DNA of 37,830 nucleotides from assembly GCA_002413065.1 (NCBI GenBank), contig DHWH01000010.1, positions 348-38,177 on the forward strand, written 5' to 3'. Below are positions 1-9,425 of the stretch, in pieces. How positions within the stretch are numbered: the first letter of the stretch is position 1; each line of letters starts with the position of its first letter. This DNA comes from Patescibacteria group bacterium UBA5187 (GTDB lineage: Bacteria; Patescibacteriota; Minisyncoccia; Phycocordibacterales; PALSA-1337). Below the pieces are notes generated by a model, which ran no database searches, was not told where the DNA came from, and saw nothing but the letters and a program-made list of their open reading frames with translations. Made by a program: the position numbers and the translations under genes.

Positions 1-1
1 T

Positions 2-475
2 CCTTTGTCGGCCGATTTGTTCGGTCTGACAACCAGTGCAAGCGGTGATCTCGGCATCGGGCAGAAACTCGAGGACGCTCTTCCGTATTTTGATTACATA
101 TATCCCATGGTATATCCGTCTCACTTCGCCCACGGATTCAATGGTTTCGCCAAACCGGCAGAGCATCCGTACGAGATAATAAAATATTCAATGGATCATG
201 CAGTGACACGCGCTCTCGCAGCTTCATCTACTGCAAGCAAAATTCGCCCATGGCTCCAGGCATTCGATCTGGGTGCCACATATACTCCGGCAATGGTCCG
301 GGCGCAGATGCAAGCCACATATGACTCAGGTCTTACGGGTTGGTTATTATGGAATGCGGGAAGCGTGTATAAAAAAGAGGCACTCGTGCCGAAAGCTTTC
401 ATTTCCAATATATCCAACAGTCCCGCAGGAATATCCACAGGTGCTTCGAGCACACTATTGCACGTTTCAAATTAA
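2..475 (+). CDS. 3' part of a putative glycoside/polysaccharide hydrolase-like protein (DUF4015-type family); 5' end lies outside the window
   Basis: The frame is open from nt 2 to the stop at 473-475. Motifs 'YIYPMVYPSHF' and 'GWLLWNAG' resemble the DUF4015 putative glycosyl-hydrolase family (recognised from memory, not searched). Confidence 0.5.
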   Translation, partial: PLSADLFGLTTSASGDLGIGQKLEDALPYFDYIYPMVYPSHFAHGFNGFAKPAEHPYEIIKYSMDHAVTRALAASSTASKIRPWLQAFDLGATYTPAMVRAQMQATYDSGLTGWLLWNAGSVYKKEALVPKAFISNISNSPAGISTGASSTLLHVSN

Positions 476-582
476 GTGGTACTATTTAAAACCGGATAAA
501 CACATGTTGGATCACCTTGGGAAATAGGGTGAAATCCTCCCGGCATGTATCTCTCTAACCAATCAGTACACCCCTAGTTATT

Positions 583-822
583 ATGGCAAAGAAAGTCCCC
601 AAGGTACTTCGAGTACCCCCATCAGTAGCCGGAAGCCCTGAAGAAGAAGCGAAATGGATTCAGTCTGCCGTACAAAGAATTTTTCGTACGGGCAGGTCAA
701 TCGGGAGTGCAGGTGAGCAACAGCTCTACCTCATTGCCGGTACCAACCAAGTCGTTGTCGCTCGGCCCGATTCTGCGGCAGATCGTATCGAGCAAATATT
801 CAGGAGCCTTCTGGTGACTTAA
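583..822 (+). CDS. Small hypothetical protein (79 aa), no recognisable domain
   Basis: ATG-initiated ORF with protein-like composition, followed by an intrinsic-terminator-like hairpin. No motif recognised and no clear RBS. Confidence 0.4.
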   Translation: MAKKVPKVLRVPPSVAGSPEEEAKWIQSAVQRIFRTGRSIGSAGEQQLYLIAGTNQVVVARPDSAADRIEQIFRSLLVT

Positions 823-848
823 CCCCAGACTGTGGGTCAAACAAACAT

Positions 849-883
849 CCGACACCTCATCACTGGGGAGTCGGTTGTTTTTT
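849..883 (+). terminator. Rho-independent terminator candidate downstream of the 79-aa ORF
   Basis: CCGACACCTC (849-858) pairs with GGGGAGTCGG (865-874): 9 bp including one G-U, with one A/A mismatch. The loop is ATCACT, followed by TTGTTTTTT. Confidence 0.5.
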
Positions 884-909
884 GTCTAAAATCATTGTTT
901 TTGATTTCA

Positions 910-918
910 TGGTATAAT
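910..918 (+). promoter_or_regulatory. Extended -10 promoter candidate (TGgTATAAT) for the long plus-strand gene array
   Basis: TG at 910-911, one nt, then TATAAT at 913-918. It sits in an AT-rich spacer about 80 nt upstream of the ATG at 1000 and just after the terminator. Confidence 0.3.
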
Positions 919-999
919 TATCCCGAAGCATCATTTCTGAAGTTGCCTCGTATAAATTAGTATTATTGAGTCATTTATACAGAGGCACATTTTCATATT

Positions 1000-3042
1000 A
1001 TGGACGAGAATCGCATTACATATTTTGGAGAAACTGACGCTCGCAACAAGCGAGTCAAGTTTGGTATAAAAGCAAAAGACCGCACCAAGCACGTCTATGT
1101 CATCGGAAAAACCGGTATGGGTAAATCAACTCTGCTGGAGAATATGGCCGCGCAGGATATTCAGAACGGGGAAGGCATATGTTTCATTGATCCGCACGGC
1201 AAGACCGCTGATCTCCTTCTTGAGTACGTTCCCAAAGAGCGCATCCGCGATGTCATATATATCGCGCCTTTCGACGTCGAACATCCGATCTCATTTAATG
1301 TTCTTGAAAGCGTAGATCGGGATAAGCGCCACCTTGTTTCCTCGGGACTCATGAGTACGTTCAAAAAGATCTGGGAAGATGCGTGGTCCGCGCGTATGGA
1401 ATATATTCTGACCAATACGCTTTTGGCCCTGCTCGAATATCCCGGCGCAACTCTGCTCGGGGTAAATAGAATGCTGTCCGACAAGGCATACCGCACGGAT
1501 GTGGTTTCGCATATTCAGGATCCGTCCGTCAAAGCATTTTGGACAAAAGAGTTCGCCAACTACACCGAACGACAGGCGGCAGAAGCCGTTCCCGCAATTC
1601 AAAATAAAGTCGGTCAGTTCACGGCTAATCCTCTGATCCGCAACATGATCGGTCAGGCGCAGTCATCTTTCGATTTCCGCAAAGCGATGGATGAGCGCAA
1701 AATCATCATCATCAACTTGTCCAAAGGAAAGATCGGAGACGAAAATATGAAGCTTCTCGGAGGTCTATTGGTGACCAAGATCTATCTCGCTGCCATGTCC
1801 CGTGCCGACGTGCCTGATCGGGTGATGAAGATATTGCCTAACTTCTATCTTTTTGTGGACGAGTTCCAGAACTTTGCGAACGCGTCATTTGCGGACATTC
1901 TTTCCGAAGCCCGTAAATATAAGTTGAATCTCACTATTGCGCACCAATATATTGAGCAGATGGATGAAATCGTCAAGCCGGCTGTATTCGGTAACGTTGG
2001 TACGATGATGGTATTTCGTGTCGGCGCAACTGACGCCGAAGAGTTGGAAAAAGAATTCTCGCCCACTTTTTTGCTTGAGGATCTGGTAAATCTGGGATTC
2101 GCGCAGATTTATCTGAAACTAATGATCGATGGTCTTTCTTCATCGCCATTTTCTGCAATGACGCTTTCGCCTATCGCGCATCCGGATATTTCATATGTTA
2201 AGGAAATCATTGCAGCATCACGCGAACAGTTCTCGCAGCCCCGGGCTTTGGTTGAAGCGGGGATCGTCAAATTCCATGAACCAATGGTGGCCAAAAAACC
2301 GGAAGTTAAAAGTGCGCCTAGTACGCCTGGTGCGGGAACTGTTCCAGTTTCTTCCGCGGCTCCTAGTGCGCCCGTGCCCGCCCGTGTTCCTGCTTCACCT
2401 GTTGTCCCAACTACACCGGCTCCCGCTAAAGCAGTTGCGCCTGTGCCTTCGCCTGCTCCGTCTCCGCAGAAACCTGAGACGCCCAAAACTCCTCCAGTAT
2501 CTCAAACCCCTCCAGCGTCACCCCAGCCGCCCAAAGAACATAAGCCATTCCAGAATCTGTCGGAGCAGATCAAAGTTCAATCTAAAGTTACACCTCCCAT
2601 AGCTGCTAAACCTGTAACACCGACACCTTCTCAAGCTCCTGTGTCGCTATCTTCACTTGCACCCAAACAGCAACAGCCGCCAAAAATCGACCCGAAAGTT
2701 CCTACGCAAAAAAATGTAAATGATCTGCGAAGCGCATTGGCCGCGGTGCTTGCAAAAAATCCTAGCTCGCCTGCTTCAGAGCCAAAAAAATCTCCCCAGC
2801 CAATTCAATCAGCCGCTTCGCCAGTTCCGCCATCCACCCTGCCGCCGCGACCCGAACAGCCTCAAAATGCACCGCTTCAGCCAACTGGGGTGCCACAATC
2901 TGGGTCCGCGAATCCACCTTCCGTGCAAGCAAATCCGCCAGTTGCCAAACAGCAACCACAGCAAGCGCCACAACAGCCTCCGAGAGATGTTCAAAAAGAA
3001 GTTCCCGAAGAAGTTCTTAAAAAGGTATTGAAAATTGACTAA
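1000..3042 (+). CDS. VirD4/TraG/TraD-like type IV coupling-protein-family ATPase with a ~250-aa Pro/Ala/Ser/Gln-rich C-terminal tail
   Basis: 680-aa ORF. It has Walker A 'GKTGMGKST', Walker B-like 'FYLFVDEFQNF' and 'NLTIAHQYIEQ...VFGNVGTMMVFRV', the layout of TraG-D_C/AAA_10 coupling ATPases. From about nt 2290 onward the protein is low-complexity (PAPS/Q-rich). Confidence 0.75.
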   Translation: MDENRITYFGETDARNKRVKFGIKAKDRTKHVYVIGKTGMGKSTLLENMAAQDIQNGEGICFIDPHGKTADLLLEYVPKERIRDVIYIAPFDVEHPISFNVLESVDRDKRHLVSSGLMSTFKKIWEDAWSARMEYILTNTLLALLEYPGATLLGVNRMLSDKAYRTDVVSHIQDPSVKAFWTKEFANYTERQAAEAVPAIQNKVGQFTANPLIRNMIGQAQSSFDFRKAMDERKIIIINLSKGKIGDENMKLLGGLLVTKIYLAAMSRADVPDRVMKILPNFYLFVDEFQNFANASFADILSEARKYKLNLTIAHQYIEQMDEIVKPAVFGNVGTMMVFRVGATDAEELEKEFSPTFLLEDLVNLGFAQIYLKLMIDGLSSSPFSAMTLSPIAHPDISYVKEIIAASREQFSQPRALVEAGIVKFHEPMVAKKPEVKSAPSTPGAGTVPVSSAAPSAPVPARVPASPVVPTTPAPAKAVAPVPSPAPSPQKPETPKTPPVSQTPPASPQPPKEHKPFQNLSEQIKVQSKVTPPIAAKPVTPTPSQAPVSLSSLAPKQQQPPKIDPKVPTQKNVNDLRSALAAVLAKNPSSPASEPKKSPQPIQSAASPVPPSTLPPRPEQPQNAPLQPTGVPQSGSANPPSVQANPPVAKQQPQQAPQQPPRDVQKEVPEEVLKKVLKID

Positions 3043-3062
3043 AGGTGTGGAAGGATGAACAT

Positions 3063-4304
3063 ATGAAGCCGCGCCGTATCCTCATATTCTCTTCGGTCTA
3101 TTACCCGCGTTTTGTCGGTGGTGCTGAAGTTGCCATAAAAGAAATTACCGATCGTATTCCAGCTGAAGAGATGGAATTTGATATGGTCACATTGCATTTA
3201 GATTCAAGTCTTCCTGCATTCGAAAAAATCGGGAATGTAAATATATATCGCGTCGGTTGGGCCGCTCGCCAGAAAACGTCTTCGGATTCATTGGCATGGT
3301 ATTTGCATCTCAATAAATATGCTTTCCTGGTCACGGGCTTTTTGAAAGCAGTCTCATTGGCGAAAAAACAGGTGAGGCAAGGACAACCGTATGATGCTGT
3401 CTGGTCAATGATGGCGACATACAATTCTTTTGCCGCGCTCTTCTTCAAGATGTTACATCCGAAAATACCTTTTTTACTGACCTTGCAGGAAGGGGATCCT
3501 ATCGAATACATGGAACGCCGCGCCCGTCCGCTCTGGCCATTATTCAAAGGCATATTCACGCATGCGGATCATATTCAAACAATATCGACCTTTTTGGCTG
3601 ATTGGGCGCACAATATGGGTGCCACATGTCCGGTTACTGTGGTGCCGAATGCCGTCGATTATGATCTATTTTCCCATACCATTCCTGAATCCGATGCGGC
3701 CGCATTGAAAACTCAGCTTGGAAAAAAAGAAGGAGACATATTTTTGGTCACGACTTCGCGTCTGGTCGTGAAGAATGCCGTAGGCGATGTTATCGAATCG
3801 CTCAGGTATCTTCCTGTGCATGTAAAATTTCTTATTCTTGGCCAAGGATATCAAGAGGCCGAACTCAAAGCCAAAGCAGCGCAGCTGGAGGAGAAGGCAG
3901 GGCAGAAAGATGCTGAAAGCCGGATTCATTTTCTCGGTTACATTCCACATGCGCACATGCCGCCATATCTTCAGATCTCCGATATATTCATCCGTCCGGC
4001 ATTGTCGGAAGGACTTGGTAATTCATTTTTGGAAGCAATGGCCGCGGGTATTCCGGTGATCGCCACCCCTGTCGGAGGCATTCCGGATTTCTTGGTTGAT
4101 GGCGAGACCGGCTTGTTTTGCGAAGTGTCGAATCCGAAAAGCATCGCCCAAAAAGTGGAGAAGCTGATCAAGGATCGCGAATCCCGCGAATACATCGTGA
4201 GACGCGCCCGCGAGATGGTCAAAGAAAAATATCAATGGAAACGGATTGCGGAAAAAATGAAAAATATCCTGCGAGATATTGTCATATCTCGAAGTGAGGT
4301 ATAA
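3063..4304 (+). CDS. Glycosyltransferase family 4 (GT-B fold)
   Basis: C-terminal GT4 signature 'SEGLGNSFLEAMAAGIPVIATPVGGIPDFLVDGETGLF'. ATG 3063 is preceded by GGAAGGA (3049-3055), so I prefer it to the GTG 3045 given in the ORF track. Confidence 0.85.
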   Translation: MKPRRILIFSSVYYPRFVGGAEVAIKEITDRIPAEEMEFDMVTLHLDSSLPAFEKIGNVNIYRVGWAARQKTSSDSLAWYLHLNKYAFLVTGFLKAVSLAKKQVRQGQPYDAVWSMMATYNSFAALFFKMLHPKIPFLLTLQEGDPIEYMERRARPLWPLFKGIFTHADHIQTISTFLADWAHNMGATCPVTVVPNAVDYDLFSHTIPESDAAALKTQLGKKEGDIFLVTTSRLVVKNAVGDVIESLRYLPVHVKFLILGQGYQEAELKAKAAQLEEKAGQKDAESRIHFLGYIPHAHMPPYLQISDIFIRPALSEGLGNSFLEAMAAGIPVIATPVGGIPDFLVDGETGLFCEVSNPKSIAQKVEKLIKDRESREYIVRRAREMVKEKYQWKRIAEKMKNILRDIVISRSEV

Positions 4305-4313
4305 TAGGCAATT

Positions 4314-5339
4314 ATGAAAATCCTTATCGCTTCCGGCATATACCCGCCTGATATCGGCGGACCTGCACAATACGCCCGCAATCTGTTTGAGACATGGAAA
4401 AAGGAAGGCCATGAAGTAAAGGTGGCGGCATATCGTTGGGAACGCGCATTTCCTCCATTAGTGCGGCACATTTTGTATTTTTTGAAAATAATCAGAAAAG
4501 GCTGGAATGCGGATCTCATTTTGGTTCTTGATACCTGGTCAGCCGCAGTGCCTGCCATGGCTGCCTGCGCATGCATGGGTAAGAAATATATAGTTCGCAC
4601 TGGCGGCGACTTTCTGTGGGAAACATACGTTGAGCGAACGGGGGACCTGGTGTTATTCCGTGATTTTTACGCCACGCGAATGGATCGATTTACAGCCAAA
4701 GAAAAAATGATCCACAGACTGGGGGGAGCTTCTCTTCGCAAGGCCGCCGCCGTGATCTTCAGCACGGATTGGCAGAGAAAGATTTTCGAACCCGTATACG
4801 GATTGAATGCGGGTACGAATTTTCTCGTTGAAAATTATTGCGGGCCGCGGGAAGTCGCCCGTGTTCCGGAGAACCGATCTTTCATAGCCGGGACGCGCAC
4901 TCTCAAGTGGAAAAATATTGATGTTCTCAAACAAGCATTCGTTGAGGCGCAGAAAAAAGCTGCGGATTCCGGATTGGCAGAGATTGAACTGGATTGCGGA
5001 AAGGCCGTGTACGACAGCTTCGTCGAGAAGGTTCATCACTCATATGCTGTCGTGCTTGCGTCAATCGGAGACATCAGCCCTAACATGATCTTCGATGCTA
5101 TTCGCACAGGAACGCCTTTTATTCTGACACGCGAAACCGGCATCAAGGACCGCGTCAAAGACTGTGCGGTCTTCGTAGACCCTCAGGACCCGTCGGATAT
5201 CGCCGAAAAAATCGTGTGGATGGCGGATCCGAAAAATCGCGAGTTGCAGGCGGAAAAAGTCAGGCAATTTGCTTTCGTACACACGTGGGAACAGATCGCG
5301 GGCGAGATTGTAGTGGTTTTGGCCAAGACCGGTAAATAA
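4314..5339 (+). CDS. Glycosyltransferase, GT-B fold (GT4-like)
   Basis: The N-terminus 'MKILIASGIYPPDIGGPAQYARNL' is typical of GT4-type enzymes. The C-terminal half is less canonical. The gene begins 9 nt after the upstream stop. Confidence 0.7.
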   Translation: MKILIASGIYPPDIGGPAQYARNLFETWKKEGHEVKVAAYRWERAFPPLVRHILYFLKIIRKGWNADLILVLDTWSAAVPAMAACACMGKKYIVRTGGDFLWETYVERTGDLVLFRDFYATRMDRFTAKEKMIHRLGGASLRKAAAVIFSTDWQRKIFEPVYGLNAGTNFLVENYCGPREVARVPENRSFIAGTRTLKWKNIDVLKQAFVEAQKKAADSGLAEIELDCGKAVYDSFVEKVHHSYAVVLASIGDISPNMIFDAIRTGTPFILTRETGIKDRVKDCAVFVDPQDPSDIAEKIVWMADPKNRELQAEKVRQFAFVHTWEQIAGEIVVVLAKTGK

Positions 5340-5352
5340 TCACCGTACTACT

Positions 5353-6474
5353 ATGCATCTAATAGCCCTCTCAATTGACCGTTCGATTTTTAAGGAAAAC
5401 AGTGCCGTACGTGCGCGGATGGAACAGTATGGGACATTGGTAAACGGCATGGATATCATTGCGCTCGGTGCAGAAAAACAGGCGCATATGCAGCCTGTAA
5501 AACTCAAAAATAATGTCATGGTCCATGCGGCTCCTGGAAATAAACTGGCATCGGTTTTTGCGGCATTACAGATAGCCAAGAAAATAGCGCGTCCCGATAC
5601 CGTTATCATTTCGCAGGATCCGTTCGAGCTCGGTCTGGTCGGCCTCATCATTTCATGGATAACGTCGCGGCCGCTGCATGTCCAGGTTCACATCGATTTT
5701 TTCAATCCATTTTTCAGGCAAGAATCAATACGTCAGCGTTTTCAGGCAATGCTCGCGCCTTTTGTCCTATCTCGGGCCAAGAGCATCAGGGTGGTTTCAG
5801 GAAAGATCGGGTATTATCTTCGCAACGAATTGGGCATTTCCGCAAAAAAGATAACGATAGCGCCGGTTTTTATTGATCTTGAAATTATTAAAAATAAACC
5901 TGTTACCATACATCTTCATACTCGGTTTCCTGAATTCGAATGGATCGTACTCGCCCCATCACGCTATGTGAAGCAGAAAAATCTTCCCCTTGCCATAGAT
6001 GCATTTCAATTATTTTTGAAATCGCATCCCAAAGCCGGTCTTGTGATTGCGGGTGCCGGTCCCGAAGAGGAAAATTTGAAAAAGATAGTGGCTGAGAAGG
6101 GTCTTTTCAGGTCGGTGAAAATCGGTTCGTGGACGGATCAGTTCGCTTCATGCATGAAAACATGCGATGCGTTCCTGCTTTCTTCCGACTATGAAGGGTG
6201 GGGAATGACCGTGATCGAGGCGGCGTCTCTGGGCAAGCCTGTGGTGATGACTGACATAGGATGTGCCGGAGAATTTCTGATAGATAAAAAGAATGGATTG
6301 GTTGTTCCTGCACGCGATCCGCAGGCGATAGCGAATGGGCTTGAAGCATATTATAGTGATCGTGTATTCGCCGAGAATATGGCGAAAGCGGCGCAGAATG
6401 ATGCCGGCACACATATGACTCTTTCCGAATACGATACATTAATGAAGAAGTCATGGGAAAGCGCTCTGCAATAA
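5353..6474 (+). CDS. Glycosyltransferase family 4
   Basis: GT4 motif 'SSDYEGWGMTVIEAASLGKPVVMTDIGCAGEFLIDKKNGLVVP'. The N-terminus 'LSIDRSIFKENSAVRARMEQYG' is common in this GT subfamily. Confidence 0.85.
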   Translation: MHLIALSIDRSIFKENSAVRARMEQYGTLVNGMDIIALGAEKQAHMQPVKLKNNVMVHAAPGNKLASVFAALQIAKKIARPDTVIISQDPFELGLVGLIISWITSRPLHVQVHIDFFNPFFRQESIRQRFQAMLAPFVLSRAKSIRVVSGKIGYYLRNELGISAKKITIAPVFIDLEIIKNKPVTIHLHTRFPEFEWIVLAPSRYVKQKNLPLAIDAFQLFLKSHPKAGLVIAGAGPEEENLKKIVAEKGLFRSVKIGSWTDQFASCMKTCDAFLLSSDYEGWGMTVIEAASLGKPVVMTDIGCAGEFLIDKKNGLVVPARDPQAIANGLEAYYSDRVFAENMAKAAQNDAGTHMTLSEYDTLMKKSWESALQ

Positions 6475-6481
6475 CAGGATT

Positions 6482-7522
6482 ATGGAACTCCTTATTTTTA
6501 CTCAAAAAGTCGATCTGAACGATACTGTTCTCAGCTTTTTTCATAGGTGGATCCTTGAGATCGCAAAACATTTCGAGCAGGTTACGGTCATCTGCCTCTA
6601 CAAAGGAAAATGCGAATTGCCCGCGAACATACGCGTGCTTTCGCTTGGTAAGGAAAATGGCGAATCAAAATTCAAATATCTGAAAAATTTCTATAAGTAC
6701 ATTATTAAGTACAGGAAAGACTATGATGCGGTGTTCGTGCATATGAACCAGGAGTACATGATTTTGGGTGGCATTATATGGAAGATCATGGGCAAGAAAG
6801 CCGCCATGTGGAGGAATCATCATGCAGGAAGCTGGCTGACCGATCTCGCGGCATTTTTCTGCTTCAAAGTTTTCTGTACGTCGCGTTATTCATTTACTGC
6901 AAAATACAAAAAGACCGTGCTCATGCCGGTAGGAGTCGATACAGAACTTTTCGTCGCGGATAAGGGAACGCGTATACAGCGTGAAGAAAGATCGATCCTG
7001 TCGCTCGGTAGAATTTCCATTTCAAAGAGACTGGAATATTTCGTCGATGCATTGGGCAGGCTGGCGCGCAATGCACAGGCATTTCATGCCTCGATCTATG
7101 GTGATGCGTTGCCGAAAGATCAGCCGTATTACGAGATGCTCAAGAAGAAAACCGAGGAATTGCAGATTGCGGACCGCGTAGCATTCTGCGCAGGGATTCC
7201 CAATGATGAGACGCCCGCCGTGTATTCGCGTCACAACATTTTCGTTAATCTGAGTTCAAGCGGAATGTATGACAAGACTATCTTTGAGGCCATGTCGTGC
7301 GAATGCGTCGTTCTCGTTTCGAATGAAAATCTTCACGGGCTTATCGATGAGCAGTATATTTTCAAGGACCGCGATACGGATGAGTTTACGGAGAAATTGT
7401 CGGCCCTTATTTCCATGCCGGAAGATATACGCAGGGAAAAAGCCAAGGAGTTGCGACGTGTGGTAGAATCCAAACACAGCCTTGGTTTATTGGCGAATAA
7501 AATACGCACTGAGTACAACTAA
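6482..7522 (+). CDS. Glycosyltransferase, GT-B fold (GT4-like)
   Basis: 346-aa ORF starting 'MELLIFTQKVDLNDTVLSFFHRW'. The C-terminal half 'NLSSSGMYDKTIFEAMSCECVVLVSN' resembles the Glycos_transf_1 core. Confidence 0.7.
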   Translation: MELLIFTQKVDLNDTVLSFFHRWILEIAKHFEQVTVICLYKGKCELPANIRVLSLGKENGESKFKYLKNFYKYIIKYRKDYDAVFVHMNQEYMILGGIIWKIMGKKAAMWRNHHAGSWLTDLAAFFCFKVFCTSRYSFTAKYKKTVLMPVGVDTELFVADKGTRIQREERSILSLGRISISKRLEYFVDALGRLARNAQAFHASIYGDALPKDQPYYEMLKKKTEELQIADRVAFCAGIPNDETPAVYSRHNIFVNLSSSGMYDKTIFEAMSCECVVLVSNENLHGLIDEQYIFKDRDTDEFTEKLSALISMPEDIRREKAKELRRVVESKHSLGLLANKIRTEYN

Positions 7523-7547
7523 GAAATTCTAATCATAAATCTTACCT

Positions 7548-8198
7548 ATGAGTTCACTGGAAAAAATGTACGAGGAACATCATGCAACCCAGCGGGAGCA
7601 GGGTTTCAGCATTCTCAAAGAAGATCGCGGAACACTGTTTGCATCTCTGGTAGGAACAGGTAAAAAAGTCCTTGACCTCGGTTGCCGCGATGGTGCACTG
7701 ACGGCATATTTTACGTCAGGCAATACCGTTACGGGCGTCGATATCGACAGTCGCTCGCTCGAACGTGCGGCACAACAGTTGGGAATTGAAACAATCCAAT
7801 TGGATATTTATAGCGATTGGGAAGCGCTCCAGGGAAGACAATATGAAGTAGCTGTCGCCGGCGAGGTGTTGGAACATTTATTCCATCCTGCAAAAATAAT
7901 CAAAAAGGTTGCCGATCATCTTGTGCCGGAAGGAACGTTCATCGGTTCCGTGCCCAATGCCTTCAGCATCAAAAATCGCATTCGGCTCGCATCGGGCAGC
8001 AAAAAGGGAACTCCGTTGTCCGATCCTACTCACATCAATCATTTCAGCTTGAAAGAATTGCAGCAAACCCTGGGCACGTATTTTGAAGATGTGGAAATAA
8101 AAGGTTTGGGCAGATATGCGAATTTGGCGCGATTGTTTCCCTCCGCCTGCGCGTTCGATCTCGTATTTGTCGCAAAACGACCAAAAACGTTAGACTAG
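7548..8198 (+). CDS. Class I SAM-dependent methyltransferase
   Basis: Motif I 'KVLDLGCRDG'. Later 'VAGEVLEHLFHP...LVPEGTFIGSVPN' is typical of Methyltransf_11/23. Confidence 0.8.
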   Translation: MSSLEKMYEEHHATQREQGFSILKEDRGTLFASLVGTGKKVLDLGCRDGALTAYFTSGNTVTGVDIDSRSLERAAQQLGIETIQLDIYSDWEALQGRQYEVAVAGEVLEHLFHPAKIIKKVADHLVPEGTFIGSVPNAFSIKNRIRLASGSKKGTPLSDPTHINHFSLKELQQTLGTYFEDVEIKGLGRYANLARLFPSACAFDLVFVAKRPKTLD

Positions 8199-8225
8199 AG
8201 ACATGAAACACGCTTGGGGATACCC

Positions 8226-9425
8226 ATGACACACATGAAGACAGATACGAAAAAACCACTCTCGATATTCATGGTCAATTTTGACTGGGACGATATGTTC
8301 CGGAATTCATTTACTATATTCAAGGAAAAATTGGATCGTGATAAATTGATTCCGGATGTGAATACATTTTTCTTTTTTTCCTGGAGCCGTATCAGTTATG
8401 ACAGCGGATATGATAGCAAAGCGGACAGGTTCAAGACAGTTCATGTAAAAACCCGCATATACAAGCTCAAACCATTGCTCGACATTCGCGCAATGTTCGC
8501 CGTGAGGGCGGCTGCACAAAAATATGCCCAAAGGCCCGACGTATGGATGACATACGATTTCGGAATGCTGCCTGCATTGTGGCTCGCAAAAAAACGCCAT
8601 GGAGGCAAGATCGTCCTGTGCGTGAGCAATCAGCCGACGATATATTCCAAGACAAGACGTTTCGGACTTATCAAAGGTTGGTATTCCTGGATATCCGAAC
8701 GCATGTGGTGGAGACTTGCAGATCATTTCTTTACGATAAATGAGACGATGCGTTCATATTTGCAGGACATAGGAATTCCAGCCAATGATATTACGGTATT
8801 TACTATTGATACGATCGAGCGCGACCGCAGATTCATCGACAAGGTGGAAGCAGGAACGATTCGGAAGAAATACAATATACCTCCGCATATGAAAATCCTA
8901 GTAACGGTGGCTAGGCTGGAAGCAGAGAAAAATTATCCTTTGCTACTCGATTTGTGTGCAGGTCTCGGGCCGAACTATGTGCTCATTGCTCTGGGTCGTG
9001 GAAGCTTGCTTGCCTCGTTGACCGAGCAGGCAAAAAAACTGGGTATGAAGGAAAGAGTGATCTTTACCGGCCTCGTCAGCAGGGAAGAGATTTGGAATTA
9101 TTATCGTGATGCGGATGCGTTCGTGCTTCTCTCAAAGGCCGAAGCCCTCGGTCTGGTATTTTGGGAAGCGATGTACATGAATGTTCCCGTCATCGGCAGT
9201 ACCGCTGACGGCATAGTCGAGACTATTGGAAAAGATGGCGAGCGCGGCAGGATCTGGTCTTCCGACCTTGGGCAAAAAGGATTTAATGAACGCGTTGAAT
9301 ATTGCGTTACTCCGAGTACGGACAGAGATGCGATGCGTGCGCGTGCGAAAGAATATGTCGTTCTTCAGCGCCAAAATAGTGTTACGTTGAATGATTTATA
9401 TGAAAGTATTATATTTACTAAATAA
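8226..9425 (+). CDS. Glycosyltransferase family 4
   Basis: 'LSKAEALGLVFWEAMYMNVPVIGSTADGIVETIGKDGERG' is a GT4 core. The ORF track starts at TTG 8214. ATG 8226 lies 5 nt after GGGGA and is preferred. The N-terminal ~100 aa are atypical. Confidence 0.8.
   Translation: MTHMKTDTKKPLSIFMVNFDWDDMFRNSFTIFKEKLDRDKLIPDVNTFFFFSWSRISYDSGYDSKADRFKTVHVKTRIYKLKPLLDIRAMFAVRAAAQKYAQRPDVWMTYDFGMLPALWLAKKRHGGKIVLCVSNQPTIYSKTRRFGLIKGWYSWISERMWWRLADHFFTINETMRSYLQDIGIPANDITVFTIDTIERDRRFIDKVEAGTIRKKYNIPPHMKILVTVARLEAEKNYPLLLDLCAGLGPNYVLIALGRGSLLASLTEQAKKLGMKERVIFTGLVSREEIWNYYRDADAFVLLSKAEALGLVFWEAMYMNVPVIGSTADGIVETIGKDGERGRIWSSDLGQKGFNERVEYCVTPSTDRDAMRARAKEYVVLQRQNSVTLNDLYESIIFTK

Noticed and set aside
476-582. 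Possible structured RNA (GGATCACC...GGTGAAATCC and CCGG...CCGG pairings) upstream of the 79-aa ORF
   Set aside because: The stems are short, bulged and lack a flanking T-run or any known motif signature. They are indistinguishable from chance pairing without comparative data.
2109-3031. ORFs 2109..2486(-), 2195..2602(+), 2720..3031(+), 2762..2971(-) and 2809..2994(-) within the 3' third of the coupling-protein gene
   Set aside because: They are alternative-frame readings of the Pro/Ala/Ser-rich low-complexity region, where biased codon composition suppresses stops. The frame continuous with the ATPase domain is the only one with an upstream functional domain.
1000-3042. Interpreting the VirD4/TraG-like ATPase as evidence for an integrated conjugative element or a complete type IV secretion system
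   Set aside because: The window has no relaxase, VirB4/VirB6/VirB10-like genes, integrase, oriT-like repeats or flanking direct repeats. The gene is embedded in an operon with chromosomal glycan genes. It is kept as an orphan ATPase of unknown role.
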